The notes below the pieces were generated by a model, which had not been told where the DNA came from, did no database searches, and saw only the letters and a program-made list of their open reading frames with translations. This document shows positions 18,581-32,266 of a stretch of DNA of 64,000 nt, piece by piece. The DNA is from the human T2T-CHM13v2.0 reference genome, Homo sapiens. Numbering within the stretch: the stretch's first letter is position 1; each line of letters opens with the position of its first letter. The stretch is from the NCBI RefSeq assembly GCF_009914755.1, contig NC_060930.1. One strand, 5' to 3'. The position numbers and the translations under genes are program-made.

Positions 18581-19770
18581 CAGTTGTGCAATACATAATG
18601 ACAATTTCAGTCAACAACAGAGTGCATATATGATGCCCTCCATAATATTATAATGAAGCTGAAAAATTCCTTTCACACAGTGACTTCTTAGCATTGTAAC
18701 ATAACACATTACTCACAAGTTTGTGGTGATGCTGGTGTAAACAAACCCACTTTGCTGCCAGTCATGTATGAGTATAGCACATGCAATTATGTATAGTACA
18801 TAATACTTGGTGATAAAGGACTATGTTACTAGTTTATGTATTTACTATAGTACACTTTTTATTACTATTTTAGAGTGTATTCCTTCTACTTATGAAAAAA
18901 AATGTTAACTGTAAAACAGCCTCAGGTAGGTCCTTCAGGAGGTGTTCCAGAAGGCATTGTTATCACAGGAAATGACAGTTCTATGCATGTTATTGCCCTG
19001 AAAACCTTCCAATGGGACAAGATATGGAGGTGGAAGACAGTGATATTGTTCATTCTGACCCTGTATAGGCTAGACTAATGTGAATGTTTGTGTCTTAGTT
19101 AACAAAAAAGTTACAAAAGTAAACCAAAAAATTTTTGAACAGAAAAAAGCTTATAGAATAAAAACATGAAGAAAAATATGTTTGTACAACTGTACAATGT
19201 GTTTGTGTTTTAAGCTAATTGTTACTACAAAAAAGAGTAAAAAGATTAAAAATGATTTAAAAATTTATAAAGTAAAAAAGTTGCAGTAAACTAAGATTCA
19301 TTTATTATTGAAGAAAAATATTTTAAAATAAATTTAGTGTAGCCTAAGTGTACTGTGTTTATAAAGTGGTATACAGTAATGTCCTAGGCCTTCACATTCA
19401 CTCACCACTCACTCATTGACTCGCCCAGAGAAACTTCCAGTCCTGCAAGATCTATTCATGGTAAGTGCCCTAAACAGGTGTAGCATTTAAAAATCTTTTA
19501 TACAGTATTTTTACTGTACCTTTTCTATATTTAGATATGTATAGATATACAAATACCATTGTGTTATGATTGCCTACAATATTGAGTACAGTAACATGCT
19601 GTACAGGTTGTAGCCTCTGAGCACTAGGCTATCCCATATAGCCTAGGTGTGCGTATGCTATCCCATCCAGGCTTATGTAAGTACACCTTCTGATGGTCGC
19701 ACAATGACACAATTGCCTAGCAATGCATTTCTCAGCATGTATCATCATCGAGTGAAGTGGAGAATGACTG
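18581..19770. mobile_element. Tigger3b/Golem-type non-autonomous DNA transposon (~1.2 kb)
   Basis: Termini TA|CAGTTGTGC..ATAATGAC..TTTCAGTCAACAAC and ..CATTTCTCAG..AATGACTG match recalled Tigger3 ends. Confidence 0.78.
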
Positions 19771-22389
19771 ACTTTTGCTCTTCTTTTTCTAATGTCTTAA
19801 AATAACTGCTTAGGTAATCATGTTTTGATTTTTTCCTAATACAAGCATTTTAGGCTTTAAGTTTCCCTATGAAGACTACTGGCTATGTTCCAAAAGTTTT
19901 GAAGTGTTTTATTTTTATTAATGTACAGCTGCTTCTACAATTGTTATTTATGCTAAATTTTTGATTCATGGTTGCTTCTTTGCATGTGTATTAATCATTT
20001 TTATTGTGAGTTCATAATATTTTATTTGAGGCCTGCAAATAAAATACATTTCTTCATAACAATAGTACCTGGGGTATTACCAACTTTCAAACTCAACATC
20101 TAGTTTAAATTTTTTTAGGCAATATCAGTTTCAGTGGCAAAATGATGGGAATATGGCTTGTGGTTAAGACATCTCAGGGGGGACTTATTTTCTTTATTTC
20201 TGCTCCATGCAAAGAGAAGGAACATCTTTCCTGCTGTGGGTCACATTTGTCTCTTATTTACCCACTGTGAGTGACACGCTTTGAGTGGTCCTGGTTTCAT
20301 GCAGGTATCTCTGATCCTACTTTCTCTCCTCTACTCTGGCACCTGTTTTGGCTTCTGTTCTTCAAACATTTGCCAATTAAAACCCAGACTTCGAGCTATA
20401 ATAATTGGCAGATATTCTCAAGGATAATGCAAGCTCTAGGGCTCAGCTAATCCTCATGGAATCGTACTTTCTCATTGTTTGTTTCATCTAGTTCCATTTC
20501 TTTACTTCCAGTTCAGCAGTGTTCTGAAAAAAATTGTTATGTATTTACTTAATATTATTTTACTTACTCCTGGAAGGATTTCTCTGCACATGTATTCTGC
20601 CATACTTTTGGAAACTAAAAACCCATTTTATGACACTTTTGGTTGAAATGTATAAAAAAAAACCCCAGATCAGTTTGCTGTAACAAACTGTAAACAGCAG
20701 AGACATAACTAGAAACCCAAGAAATATGATTTTTCTTTTTAGTTTAATTTGGCAGCTAAATCATATCCTCAAAGCCATAGATTCTTTCTGCCTCTTCATT
20801 CTGCCTGTCATATAGGCTTCAATCCAAAGCTATCTATCTCTCTGACATGGTCACAAAATGCAGCACAGAGCTGCATACTTTATGTCCACAATCAAGAAGA
20901 GAGGGAACCCTTCCCCAACCATCATATGAGTTTTCTGACTCATATGGTTCCCAATGGGCAACCACTGAACCAAATCCTATAAGAGAAATGTCATGCTTTG
21001 ATTAACTTAGTCCTGGATTACTTAAAACATATTCCTTGTGTAATATCTACTTCCTTCCTGAAAATTCTGTTGCTAAGTGCAAAAAATACTTTTTCATTTT
21101 AAAAGAAAAATTGTGATGCATTTAGTCCCAACTCAAGGTACTTGATAATTTTATATAACAATTCAAATAACTTAACACAATTTTTAAAAATCCAATAATT
21201 TGAAAACAAAAATTCAAGTTTAGGCATAAAATAGAATATACTAAGGGTTTACTGATCTATTCTTTGTCTTATTTTCATACCATTTTCTTCATCACTTGTT
21301 AAAACTTTTGGGACTCTGGTGATCTTGCTCTTAAACTACACTGAAAAATTATAGCATACAAAATACTTTTGGGATAAAATCAAAGCTAAGAAAATGAAAG
21401 CTTTGAAACATGTGGAAATAGTGTAGGTTCACAACATACTAAGCACTGTGGAAGCTGCAAATCTTCTATCCCTCTTATTTGGCATACATAAGCAAAGTCA
21501 ACTGTTTTGTGTTTTTCCAGACATTGCTCAAAATTCAAATTAGATTCATATGAAATTGTCTGACTAGAAAATGTTGTGTTGAGTAAATTGAACATGTCTT
21601 TGAGTAAATTGAATGTGTCAATGTCAAAAATAATATTTATTATTTTAATTATTTATTATTCCTACTACTTCTATTTTTCATTTAGTGTGCTTTGGGGTAA
21701 AAAGGAAAAGCCCCATAGAAAAAAATGAATTGTCTGAAAATGAAATGACTTTTTAAGAACCATTATAGCAAAAAGCACAACATTTTATGGGATGTAGATC
21801 TGTACTGTGGCAAAGGAGATGGGTTTACTTTGAGTAACTGATACCATTCAGGGCATGTCCTTGAAGATCAGTCTCCCCAGACTTCATGGTCACTACACAA
21901 AGGGGAAGAAAGGGAATGAATATCAATGAGATAATCATCATGCCTACTTCAGCCAGTTTTCTTGCAGTATTTATCTGAATCAAATTTAATCCACACTGAG
22001 ATCCCACTCTCATCAATAATGGGACATCTAATGTCCCTGATCATTAGGGATCCCTCCCTCTCTCTATGCGATCATGTAAATCCAGAAAACCTGGTAGGTA
22101 CTGGTTATTCACAGCTGGTCGCCGGTATTGACTCTGTTATTCTGCTCCCTAATGATGCTATGGAGCATTATCTTCCAATATTCCTTAAGCACTCAGCTCT
22201 GGGTAGACTCAGGAATGAATCCCTCAGTCATTCACCCCACCAACTCCAGACCTTCTGCTCACCAGACTCCAATATATAATGTGCAGCTTCCTTGTCTCAC
22301 TGCTGACCTGCTTTCCATTCTGTTCTGTTTCTTCTCGTTAGCTCTCCTAAAGCTTAGCTTCCCATTTTCTACTGCATTTTTCATTTTTG

Positions 22390-23135
22390 AATAACAACAG
22401 CTTTATTGAGATATGATTCACATACCATAGTATTGATCTATTTGAAGTATATAATTTAATGTCTTTCAGTATGTTCAGAGAGTTATGCAGCAATCTCTAC
22501 AATACATTTTAGAGCATATTTATAATCCCCAAAAGAAATTGCATATGCATTAGCAGTTATTCCCCATTTTCCTTCAGTTTCCCCACCCTCTGAGGTAATA
22601 AGCAACTACTTACCTAATTTTCTGTTTTAATAGGTTTGTCCATTCTGGACATTTCATATAAATGGAGACATACAATATACACTCTTTTGAATTTGGCTTC
22701 TTTCACTAAGCATAATGATTCGCAGATCATTCATTCTATGGCATATATTAGAAGGTAATTCTTTTTATGGCTTAGTAATGTTTCTTTACATGAATGTTCT
22801 ACATTTTGTTTATTAATTCACCAATTGATAGACAGTTGAGTGTTTTCAATTTGGTGCTATTATGAATAATACTATCATGAACTTTTGTATAAATGTCTTT
22901 GTGGGGACATATGTTTTCTTTCTCTTGGGTAAATTCCTAAGAGTAGAATTGTTGAATTGTATGTTAAGTTTCACTTTTTGAGAAACTGCCAAGTTGTTTT
23001 CCAAAGTGACTGCACTATTTTCTATTCCTACAAGCAATGTTATCAGGGTTCTAGTTTCTCCACATCCTTACCAAAACTTATTTGTCTTTTGAATTATAGC
23101 CATTATAGCGGGTGTGTAGTGATATGATTGCATTT
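22390..23135 (-). mobile_element. Old L1MB/L1ME 3' end fragment
   Basis: Antisense L1M 3'UTR and ORF2 C-terminus (cagctttattgagata..cacataccat; ctggacatttcatataaatgga). Confidence 0.7.
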
Positions 23136-23171
23136 TTAAAATTTTGAAGGCACCCAGCTTGGCCAGGATCA

Positions 23172-26100
23172 GCTGGATAGTAATGGTGAAAAAGGGCATC
23201 TTTGTCTTGTGCCAGTTCTTAGAGGAAAGGCTTTCAAATTTTCCCCATTCAGTAAGGTGTTAGCTGTGGGTTTATCATATATGACCTTTATTATGCTGAG
23301 GTATATTCCTTCTATGCCTAGTTTGTTGAGAGGATTTTTCTTTTTATCATGAAGAGACATTGAATTCTAACAAATACTCTTTCTGTGTCTATTGAGATGA
23401 TCATATTGTTTTTATCCTTTAGTCTGTCTATGTGATGTTTCATGTTTACTGATTTGCATGTGTTGAACCATCCTTATATCCTTGGGATAAATTTCACTTG
23501 ATTGTGGTGTATTATCTTTTTGATATGGTGTTGAATTCAGTCTGCTAGTATTCTTTTGGTGATATTTGCATCTATGTTCATCAGGGATATTGGTTTAGTT
23601 TTCTTTTTGTTGTTGTGTCTTTGTCTGGTTTCGATATCAAGGTAATGCTAGCCTCATAGCATGAGTTAGGGAGAATTCCATCCTCTTCAAATTTTTGGAA
23701 TACTTTGGAGAAAATTGGTGTTAATTTTTCTTTATACATTTGATAGAATTCAGCAGTGAAGTCATTTGGTCCTGACGCTTTTTTGTTGTCCTGGAAGACT
23801 TTTTACTACTGATTTAATCTATTACTTGTTATTAGTATGTTCAGGTTTTCTATTGTTTCCAGATTCCATCTTGGTAGGTTGTATATATCCAGGAATTTAT
23901 TCATTTCCTCTAGATTTTCCAGTTTGTTAGCATATAGTTGTTCATATGATATGTTCATGTCAAAGATCTCTGATGATCTTTTGTATTTCTGTGGTATCAG
24001 TTGTAATATTTCCTTTTCATTCTGATTTTTAAAATTTGGGTCTTCTCTTTTCTTATTAGTCTAGCTAGTGGTTTATCAGTTTTATTTATCTTTTCGAACA
24101 AACAACTTTTTGTTTCATTGATCCTTTATGTTGTTTATTTCATCTATATTTTGTTTAATTCTTCTCTGATCTTTATTATTTCTTTTATTATACTAATTTT
24201 GGGTTTGGCATGTTCTTGATTTCCTAGTTCCTAAAGGGCTTCATTAGATTGTTTGAAATTTTTCTATTTTTTTGATATAGGTGTTTATTGCTATAAACTT
24301 CCCTTTTAACATTGTTTTTTGTTGTAGTCCACAGGTTTGGGCTTGTTGTGTTTCCATTTTTATTCGTTTCAGTTTTTAAAAATTTTCTTCTCCCGCAGCC
24401 CCAGAGTCAAAGCCGGTTGCCGACCCTGTCCCGTCCCGCAGTAGCCTGCCTCCTCTTTCCTTTCAACATGATAGATGTCACTGTGTCCTTTGCCAAGGAC
24501 TTCCTGGGAGATGGAGTGGCCACAGCCATCTTCAAGATAGCGGTAGCACCCACCGTCCAGGTCAAGCTGCTGATGCAGGTTCAGCATGCCAGCAAACATA
24601 TCACCGCAGATAAGCAATACAAGGGCATTATAGACTGCGTGGTCCGTATTCCCAAGGAGCAGGGGAGTCCTGTCCTTCTGGCGCAGTAACCTGGCCACTG
24701 TCTTCAGATACTTCCCCACCCAGGCTCTCAACTTCGCCTTCAAAGATAAATACAAGCAGATCTTCCTGGGTGGGGTGGACAAGAGGACCCAGTTTTGGCT
24801 CTACTTTGCAGGGAATCTGACATCAGGCTGTGCCGCTGGGGCCACATCCTTGTGTTTTGTGTACCCTCTTGATTTTGCCCATACTCGTCTAGCAGCCGAT
24901 GTGGGTAAAGCTGAAGCGAAAGGGAATTCCGAGGCCTCAGTGACTGCCTGGTTAAGATATGTAAATCTAATGGGATTAAGGGCCCGTACCAAGGCTTCAA
25001 CGTGTCTGTGCAGGTTATTATCATCTACCGAGCTGCCTACTTCGGTATCTATGACACTAGAAATGGAATGCTTCCGGATCCCAAGAACACTCACATTGTC
25101 ATCAGCTGGATGATCGCACAGACTGTCAGGGCTGTTGCTGGATTGGCTTCCTATCCACTTGACACAGTTCGCCCCCGCATGATGATGCAGTCAGGGTGCA
25201 AAGGAACTGACCTCATGTACACAGGCATGCTTGACTGCTGGAGGAAGATTGCTAGTGATGAAGGGGGCAAAGCTTTTCTCAAGGGTGCATGGTCCAGTGT
25301 TCTCAGAGGCACAGGTGGTGCTTTTGTGCTTGTCTTGTATGATTAAATCAAGAACTACATATAAGGTATTTCCTAGGATTTTTCCCCCTATGAGCAGGTA
25401 TGTTGTATTATATAACATATCTTGAGCATTCTTGACAGACTACTGGCTGTCAGTTTATCAGTGGCAACTATTTACTTGTTGAAAATTAGAAGCAATAATA
25501 TTCATTTGACCAGTTTTCTCTTAAAGCCATTTCCATGATGATGGTGGTGATGATGATGGGACTCAATTATATTTTTTATTTCAGTCACTCCTGATACATA
25601 ACAAATTTGAAGAAATTTTAAAAATCTAAAATTAAAAAAATTATTCTTAATTTTTTTTCTTGACCAATGGTTGTTCAGGAGAATGTTGTCTAATTTCAGT
25701 GTAATTGCATAGTTTCCAAAATTCCTCTTTTTATTAATTTCTAGTTTTAATTCACTATAATCCGAGAAGATAGTTGGTATAAATTTGATTTTTTAAAAAT
25801 TGTGGACTCATTTTGTGGCCAAACATATGACCTGGAGAATGTTTCTTGTGCCAAGAAGAGGAATGTATATTCCGTAGCTGTTGAATAAAATGTTCTGTAG
25901 GTGTCTGTTAGGTCTATTTGATCTAAAGTGAAATTTAAGTTCACTTTAGATTCAATGTTTCTTTGTTAATTTTCTGTCAGAATATCTGTCTAGTGTTGAT
26001 GGGGGTTGAAGTCCCCAACTATTATTGCATTGAAGTCTATCTCTCCCTTTGGATAATGTTTGTTTTATAAATCTGGGTGCTTCAGTGTTGGGTGCATATG

Positions 26101-26598
26101 TATTTAGAATCGTTATATTATCTTGCTGAATCTACCCCTTTATCATTATCTAAATACTGTCCTTGTCTCTTTTTTTAACTGTTTTGACACAAAGTCTCTT
26201 TTATGTGATATAAGTATAGCAACTCCTGCTCACTTTTGGTTTCCATTTGCATGGAATTTTTTTTTTAATTCCTTTGCTTTCAGTCTATATGTGTCTTTAC
26301 AGGTGGGGTGAGTTTCTTGTAGATAGCATACAATTGGGTCATATGTTTTTGGACCCATTCAGCCAGTCTATATTTTATAAGTGGATAATTTAATCTGTTT
26401 ACATTCAAGGTTATTATTGGTAAGTGAAGGCTTATTCTTGTAGTTTTGTTAATTGTTTTCTGGTTGTTTTGTATGTCCTTAGTTTCTTTCTTTCTCTTTT
26501 ATTGTTTGTCATCATAGTTTGGTGGTTTTCTGTAGTGGTAACATGAGTCCTTTCTCTTCCTTATTTGTGTGTTTGCTCTACCAGTGAGTTTTATATTT
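23172..26598 (-). mobile_element. Inverted 5' portion of an L1MA (ORF2 N-terminal half), interrupted by the SLC25A5 pseudogene
   Basis: Minus-strand ORF2 from the EN region to [12 protein letters not shown]. It ends where the plus-strand part begins in L1 coordinates. Confidence 0.82.
24390..25635 (+). pseudogene. SLC25A5: Processed pseudogene of mitochondrial ADP/ATP carrier ANT2; CDS remnant 24468-25364
   Basis: Intronless, with 5'UTR, ATG 24468, peptides [62 protein letters not shown], then 3'UTR and A-rich end. Disabled by +1 at ~24665, -1 at ~24918, GAA>TAA at 25344, and RRRMMM changed to RPRMMM. Candidate TSD aaaaattttctt (24378-24389) / aaaaattattctt (25636-25648). Symbol names the parent gene. 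Confidence 0.95.
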
Positions 26599-26599
26599 A

Positions 26600-29015
26600 T
26601 ATACTGGAAGTCCTCACCAGAGCAATTAGGCAAGAGAAAGAAATAAAAGGTATCCAAATTGGACAAGAGGAAGTCAAACTGTTTCTTTTTGCAGATAACA
26701 TGATCTTTTATTTAGAAAAATCTGAAGACTCCACAAAAAAACTCTTAGACTTGATAATAAATCAAACAAATTTGCAGGAAACAAAATAAATATACAAAAA
26801 TCAGTAGCATTTTTATTTATCAATAATGAAATAGCTGAAAAGAAATCAAGAAGGCAATCTCATTTGCAATAGCTTAAAAATACCTAAAAATAAATTTAAC
26901 CAAGGGAGTGAAAGATCTTTGCAAGGAAAACAACAAAACACTGATGAAAGAAATTGAAGAGGGCTGAGTGTGATTGCTCATGCATGTAATCCCAACACTT
27001 TGGGAGGCTGAGGTGGGAGGATCTCTTGAGTCCAGGAGTTCAAGACCAGCCTAGAAAACATGGCAAGAGCCTCTCTCTAAAAAAAAAAAAAAAAAAATTT
27101 GCTGGGTATGGTGACACATGTCTATATAGACCTAGCTACTTGAGAGACTAAGGCAGGAGAATTTATTGAGCCCAGGAGTTTGAGGTTACAATGAGCTATG
27201 ATCACACCACTGCACTCCAGCCTGAGTGACATAGTGAGACCCTGTCTCTAAAGAAAAGAAGATAAAAGAAATTGAAGATGACACAAATAAATGGAAAGAC
27301 ATCCCATGCTCTTCAATTGGAAGAACTAATATTGTTAAAATGACCATACTGCTGAAGGCAATCTACATATTCAACAAAATTCCTATCAAAATACCAATGT
27401 CGTTTTTCACAGAAAGAAAAGAATCCTCAAATTTGTATGGAACCAAAAAAGATCCCGAATAGCAAATGCAATTATGAACAAAAAGAACAAAGCTGGAGGT
27501 GTCACACTAACTGACTTCAAAATATGTTACAAGGCTATAGTAACCAAATGAGCATGGTATTGGTATTAAAAACAGACACATAGACCAATGGAACAGCATA
27601 CAGAACCTAGAAACAAATCCAGGTATTTACAGCCAACTATTTTCAACAAAGGCGCCAAGAACATACCCTGGAGAAAGGACATCCTCTTCAATAAACAGTG
27701 CTGGGAAAATTTAATACCCATATGCAAAAGAATGAACTAGACCTCTATCTCTCACCATATACAAAAATCAACTCAAAATGTAGTAAAGACCTAAACATAA
27801 GACCTGAAAATAAAAACTACTAGGAGAAAACAATACTTCAGGACATTGGTCTATGCAAAGATTTTACGACTAAGATCTCAAAAGCACAGGAAACAAAATC
27901 AAAAGTAGACAGACAGGACTATAATACACTAAAATGCTTCCACACAACAAAAGAAATCACAACCAGAGTGACAAGACAACCTGTTGAATGGGAGAAAATA
28001 TTTGCAAACTATTCATCTGATAAGGGACCAATATCCAAAAAAGACAACAAACCAAAACAACTCAACAGCAAGAAAGCATGTAATCCCATTTGAAAAGTGG
28101 ACAAAGTACATGAAAAAATATTTCTCAAAAGAAGACATACATATATGTCAACAGGTATATTAAAAAGTTCAATATTACTAATCTAATCTTACCCTAGTTT
28201 GAATGGCTATTATTATTAAAAAGACAAAAAATAACAGATGCTGATGAAGATGTAGAGGGAAAAAAGAACTTTTATACACTGTTGGTGGGAATGTAAATTA
28301 GTACAGCCACTATGGAATATAGTATAGGAATTTCTTTAAAAATTAAAAATAGAACTACCATACGATTCAGCAATCCCATTACTGGGTATTTATCTAAAGG
28401 AAAGGAAATCAGTATATCAAAGAGATATCTGTACCCTCATGTTTACTGCAGTATAATTCACAATAGCAAAGATATGGAATCAACCTGTGTCTAACATCAG
28501 ATAAATGAATAAAGAAAATGTGGTATATACCCACAATGGAGTACTATTTGACTAGAAAAGGAATGAAATCCTGTAATTTGCAGCAACTTGGACAGAACTA
28601 GGGATCACTATGTTAAGTGAAATAAGCCAAGCACAGTAAGACAAATACAGCATATTCTCATTCATATATTGGAGCTAAAAAAGTTGATCTTGTAGAGGTA
28701 AAGAGTAGAATGATAGCTACCAGAGGCTGAGAAGAGTGTGTGGGAAGGGCATGAGGAGAGGCTGGTTAAGGGTAGAAACAGTTAGACAGAATGAATATTT
28801 ATTATCAGAGTAGGATGATTATAGTTAATAACGTATCATATGTTTCAAAATAGCTAGAAGAGAGAATTTGAAATGTTCCCAACATATAGAAATGATAACT
28901 ACCTGAGGTGATGGATACTCTAAATGCCCTGACTTGATTGTTATACATTCTGTGCATGTAAGAAAATGTCACATGAGCCCCATAAAAATACACAAATATT
29001 ACGTATCAATAAAAA
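26600..29015 (+). mobile_element. L1MA (about L1MA2-L1MA4) 3' portion: ORF2 C-half, 3'UTR, short A tail
   Basis: [23 protein letters not shown]; L1MA-type 3'UTR (..tttcaaaatagctagaagagag..gaggtgatggata..tatcaataaaaa). Confidence 0.85.
26962..27264 (+). mobile_element. AluJ inserted in L1MA
   Basis: AluJ-type diagnostics (gggaggatc..ttgag, tgagctatgatcacacc). Perfect 14-bp TSD aaagaaattgaaga at 26947-26960 and 27265-27278. Confidence 0.93.
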
Positions 29016-29379
29016 ATATTTCAATAAGTTGGTTACATTTAAAACTTGGGAGAAAGTTTTCTGGGTATTTGAACTCTCTGGAATCATCCAGATGTTCTCA
29101 CAACACTAAGCCTCAGTCTTACAAGGTGGCAATTGGCTGGAACTGTATAATTGCCATTCTCTTTAGAATGGCATGTTCTCTCCAATTTACTAGAGTCATA
29201 TCTTTTGAGTGTGACAATGATTGTATCAGTTTCCATTTTTATTATAGTTGTGCTGTTATTTTTCTGTAGTTAGGCAATATTTTGTGACTCCATGTCTGTA
29301 GCAAAAGTGGAAAATAACATAGAGACTGCAAAGACAATATAATTCAAGAAAAGTAGGAGAGAACAAAGTTGTTTTCAAA

Positions 29380-29564
29380 GAAACTAAATAAATATACAAA
29401 GAAACAAAAAATATACAAAAATCTGTAGTATTTCTGTTTATCAATAATGTAATAGCTGACAGAGAAATCAAGAAGGCACTCTTCATTTACAATAACTTAA
29501 AAAATACCTAAGAATAAATTTAACTTATTTATTGTTAAATAAAAGATCTCTACAAGGAAAACAA
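29380..29564 (+). repeat. Short L1MA ORF2 piece, apparent local copy of ~26777-26934
   Basis: Shares several apparently non-consensus features with 26777-26934 (ataaatatac, tttatcaataatg, cttaaaaa(a)tacctaa, gaaaacaa). Confidence 0.65.
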
Positions 29565-32266
29565 TTGGAGACAACTCTTACATGTTTAATACACAAAGTA
29601 TGTCTTTGTCAAAAAATGCAACTGAAGTCATCATTATGAACAAACTACAGAAAGATAACGCATGAGAATTTAACGAGCTGAGAGAAACAACAGAAATTTC
29701 AATGGTGTTCTATTTTAAAAGCAAATCAAATAAGTAATGCTACCATGAAAAGTAATTATTAGTTTTTTTAATGCAAGGGAGCTTATAAAATTTTTTTAAA
29801 TTTATGTTTTGATTATCTTATTTTTTGAAAGAATTGTTTCTTTGGCAAGAAATAATCTACCACACTTTTTAAACCAGACTCAGTTTTCAGAATTGGAAAT
29901 TACAGGAATTCCCCAATTGCAGAGTTGAAGACCTAATTCCAAACAAAGTTCTCTAACTTCAAACTTTTTAAAAATAAACAAATGTTTTTCACTTTGTTTT
30001 TCACAATTAATACTGATAGAATGAATGGTTATCAAATAAACCAAGTAGCATTATAATATGATACTGACAGCAAAATATGATGGTGTTAGAAAATTAGATG
30101 TCTTCAATGTCGTGAAAGTAGTTACTCTAAACATAAAAGCAAACTATGTTTGGAAGTAAACCTATATTAAAAGCATGTGTTCTCCGTTATGAGCTAAAAT
30201 AAAACAAAATATTGTTCTCATTTAAGGGATTCAAGGCCAAATTCTGTACATCTATTTTAAAGAGGAATACAAAGTCTAATCCATGTTATATAGAAAAAAG
30301 ATGTTAGTTTTCTAATTATAAATCAGAATAATTGGAGTTTGAAAATTTTCAGTTAATCTTTTTATTTTGAATTTAATATATAATCCAAAATATCATATCT
30401 GCTTACATTATGCCATGCACTTCTAATTTAGTTCTAATTTAGTAAAAATAAAGACTGTTTGATTCTATTTCTGGAAGTTAAATGTTCTTATACTTGGGCT
30501 TCTGCACACAATTACATTACCTACTTTGACCCTCAAAGCTGTTGAATTGTGAACACCTGCACCAAGAAAAGTGTTCAAGGATCTTCATGTTTCTTCATGA
30601 TCCAGTCCAGATTATCAAGATGGGAGAATGTATGGGAACTATGAGCAGACACTCAGAAATAGAGACATCTTTTCCTGAAGCGAGGAGAGCAGAATGGGAC
30701 CACCAGGATACTCAGCTGATGAAGAAGGTGATGGCCCAATGTTGATTTTAGTCAGTAGGACGCAAGCTCAGCATGAAAATGTTTGAGGTGGTGGAGGAGG
30801 TAACTGCGGGTGGCAGGAGAACAGTCTCAACTTTTTTTTGTTTGCTTGCTTGTTGGTAGCTCATGGCTGTGCAAGCTCAGCACAGGCCATTTACTGAGGA
30901 TCCTTCCACACTTAACTCCACAGCAGCCCCTCTCCCGGACCCCTACTTCTGCAGGGGGCAGTATCTAGTTCTGGCAGAGAGGTAAAAATGTTTCTTGTGT
31001 TCTGAATGGCTAATTATATATCAGTGTTTACAAGGGAAAGGTCCCTACTTCTAACCCCTGCAGCACTTGGCCTGTGCTCTGAAACGTATACTTTGACTAC
31101 CCCTTTTATCTTAGCATGAAGAACTGGCACTGACATTTATTAGTCATAAAGTTATTCATTCCATTTTAAATCCAACTATGGTGCTCAACTCCCTAACTTC
31201 CTGTGGCAGTGGGTTTCACAAGTTGGCTATACGTGGCACAAAGTAATAGTTTCTTCAACTTGCTCTAATTTTGTCAGCCATCAATTCCACCAGATGACAT
31301 TTTGTTCTTCAGTGACATTTTGGAGCATTCAGTTCTTTGGTTGAGATTACAAAGAAAACCCTCCCTCAGGCTCTCAGGCACTAAATAATCACCATTTGCC
31401 ATTTTCCCTTTAAATATGTTAGCCTGGTTTGATTGACTTGGAGAAAAATCTAAAATTCTTTTTTCTAATTTGCCGTCATCGTATTCGAATTTTAGTCTTC
31501 TCTACTAGTCTTTCTTGGGAGTCATTTCAAATGCCTATTTATTATTAGGTATATTTATAAAGTGGCCTATTTGGTAGGATTAGGATTAATTTGTGTGAAC
31601 AGTGTGCTTCTCAAAAAGTATTGAGAGTCTTCTAATGACAATGTCTCACAATAAATTGTCTGTGGCCATCACTTCATCCAGGGAGTAGGTAACAGGATGA
31701 ATAACATGATTTTAGAGCAATTGAATTGGTTCTGTGCCTGCCACCTCCCTCACTACCAATTCTCCCACTCACTCTGATTTATGAAATTTTTCTACTGAGG
31801 TTCAGTTACTTTGATCCCTATTTCAACTAAAACTCCCTCAAAGAGAGGTGTTATTTAAGCTACTGTCAGCCAAATTATGATGATATATGACATCTCTTAT
31901 TCTTTAAACCAGTGGTTTTCAAATCTTGTCCTGTAGAACCCTAGAGTTCCCAGAGTATCACAGGAATCATAGCAGATTAAGAAGAATCAGATGGGCTAGG
32001 TTACAATCAGAGCAACTCTGCTGGTACTGTCACAGGATCCTTAAGTGTAGCTTTTCCAGCCAGAAACCTCTCTGGCCAGTGGCACCTTTGCCTGAGTTTG
32101 GACCTACTGGGCTCATTCCACCCACCTGGCCTGGCAGGCTGAGCTCGGTTTGTGCTACTGGCCTGAATCCTACGCCTGCCAAGGCTGAGCCAGGCATGGA
32201 GCAGCGAAGGGTTTGGGAGTGAGTGAGCATGGGCCACTGCTCACAGCCAGGCATGCTGGCTACTGT

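Noticed and set aside
21579-21620. 21-bp tandem duplication (ttgagtaaattgaa..tgtc twice), and similar ones near 17558 and 48277
   Set aside because: Ordinary slippage-type micro-duplications.
24312-24689. Apparent L1-antisense/ANT2 N-terminal fusion ORF
   Set aside because: Begins at TTG in T-rich antisense L1 with no promoter evidence and ends at a frameshift stop.
30542-30830. Purine-rich exon-like stretch with a GT donor-like site
   Set aside because: No recognisable protein homology or clear acceptor. A lncRNA exon cannot be supported from sequence alone.
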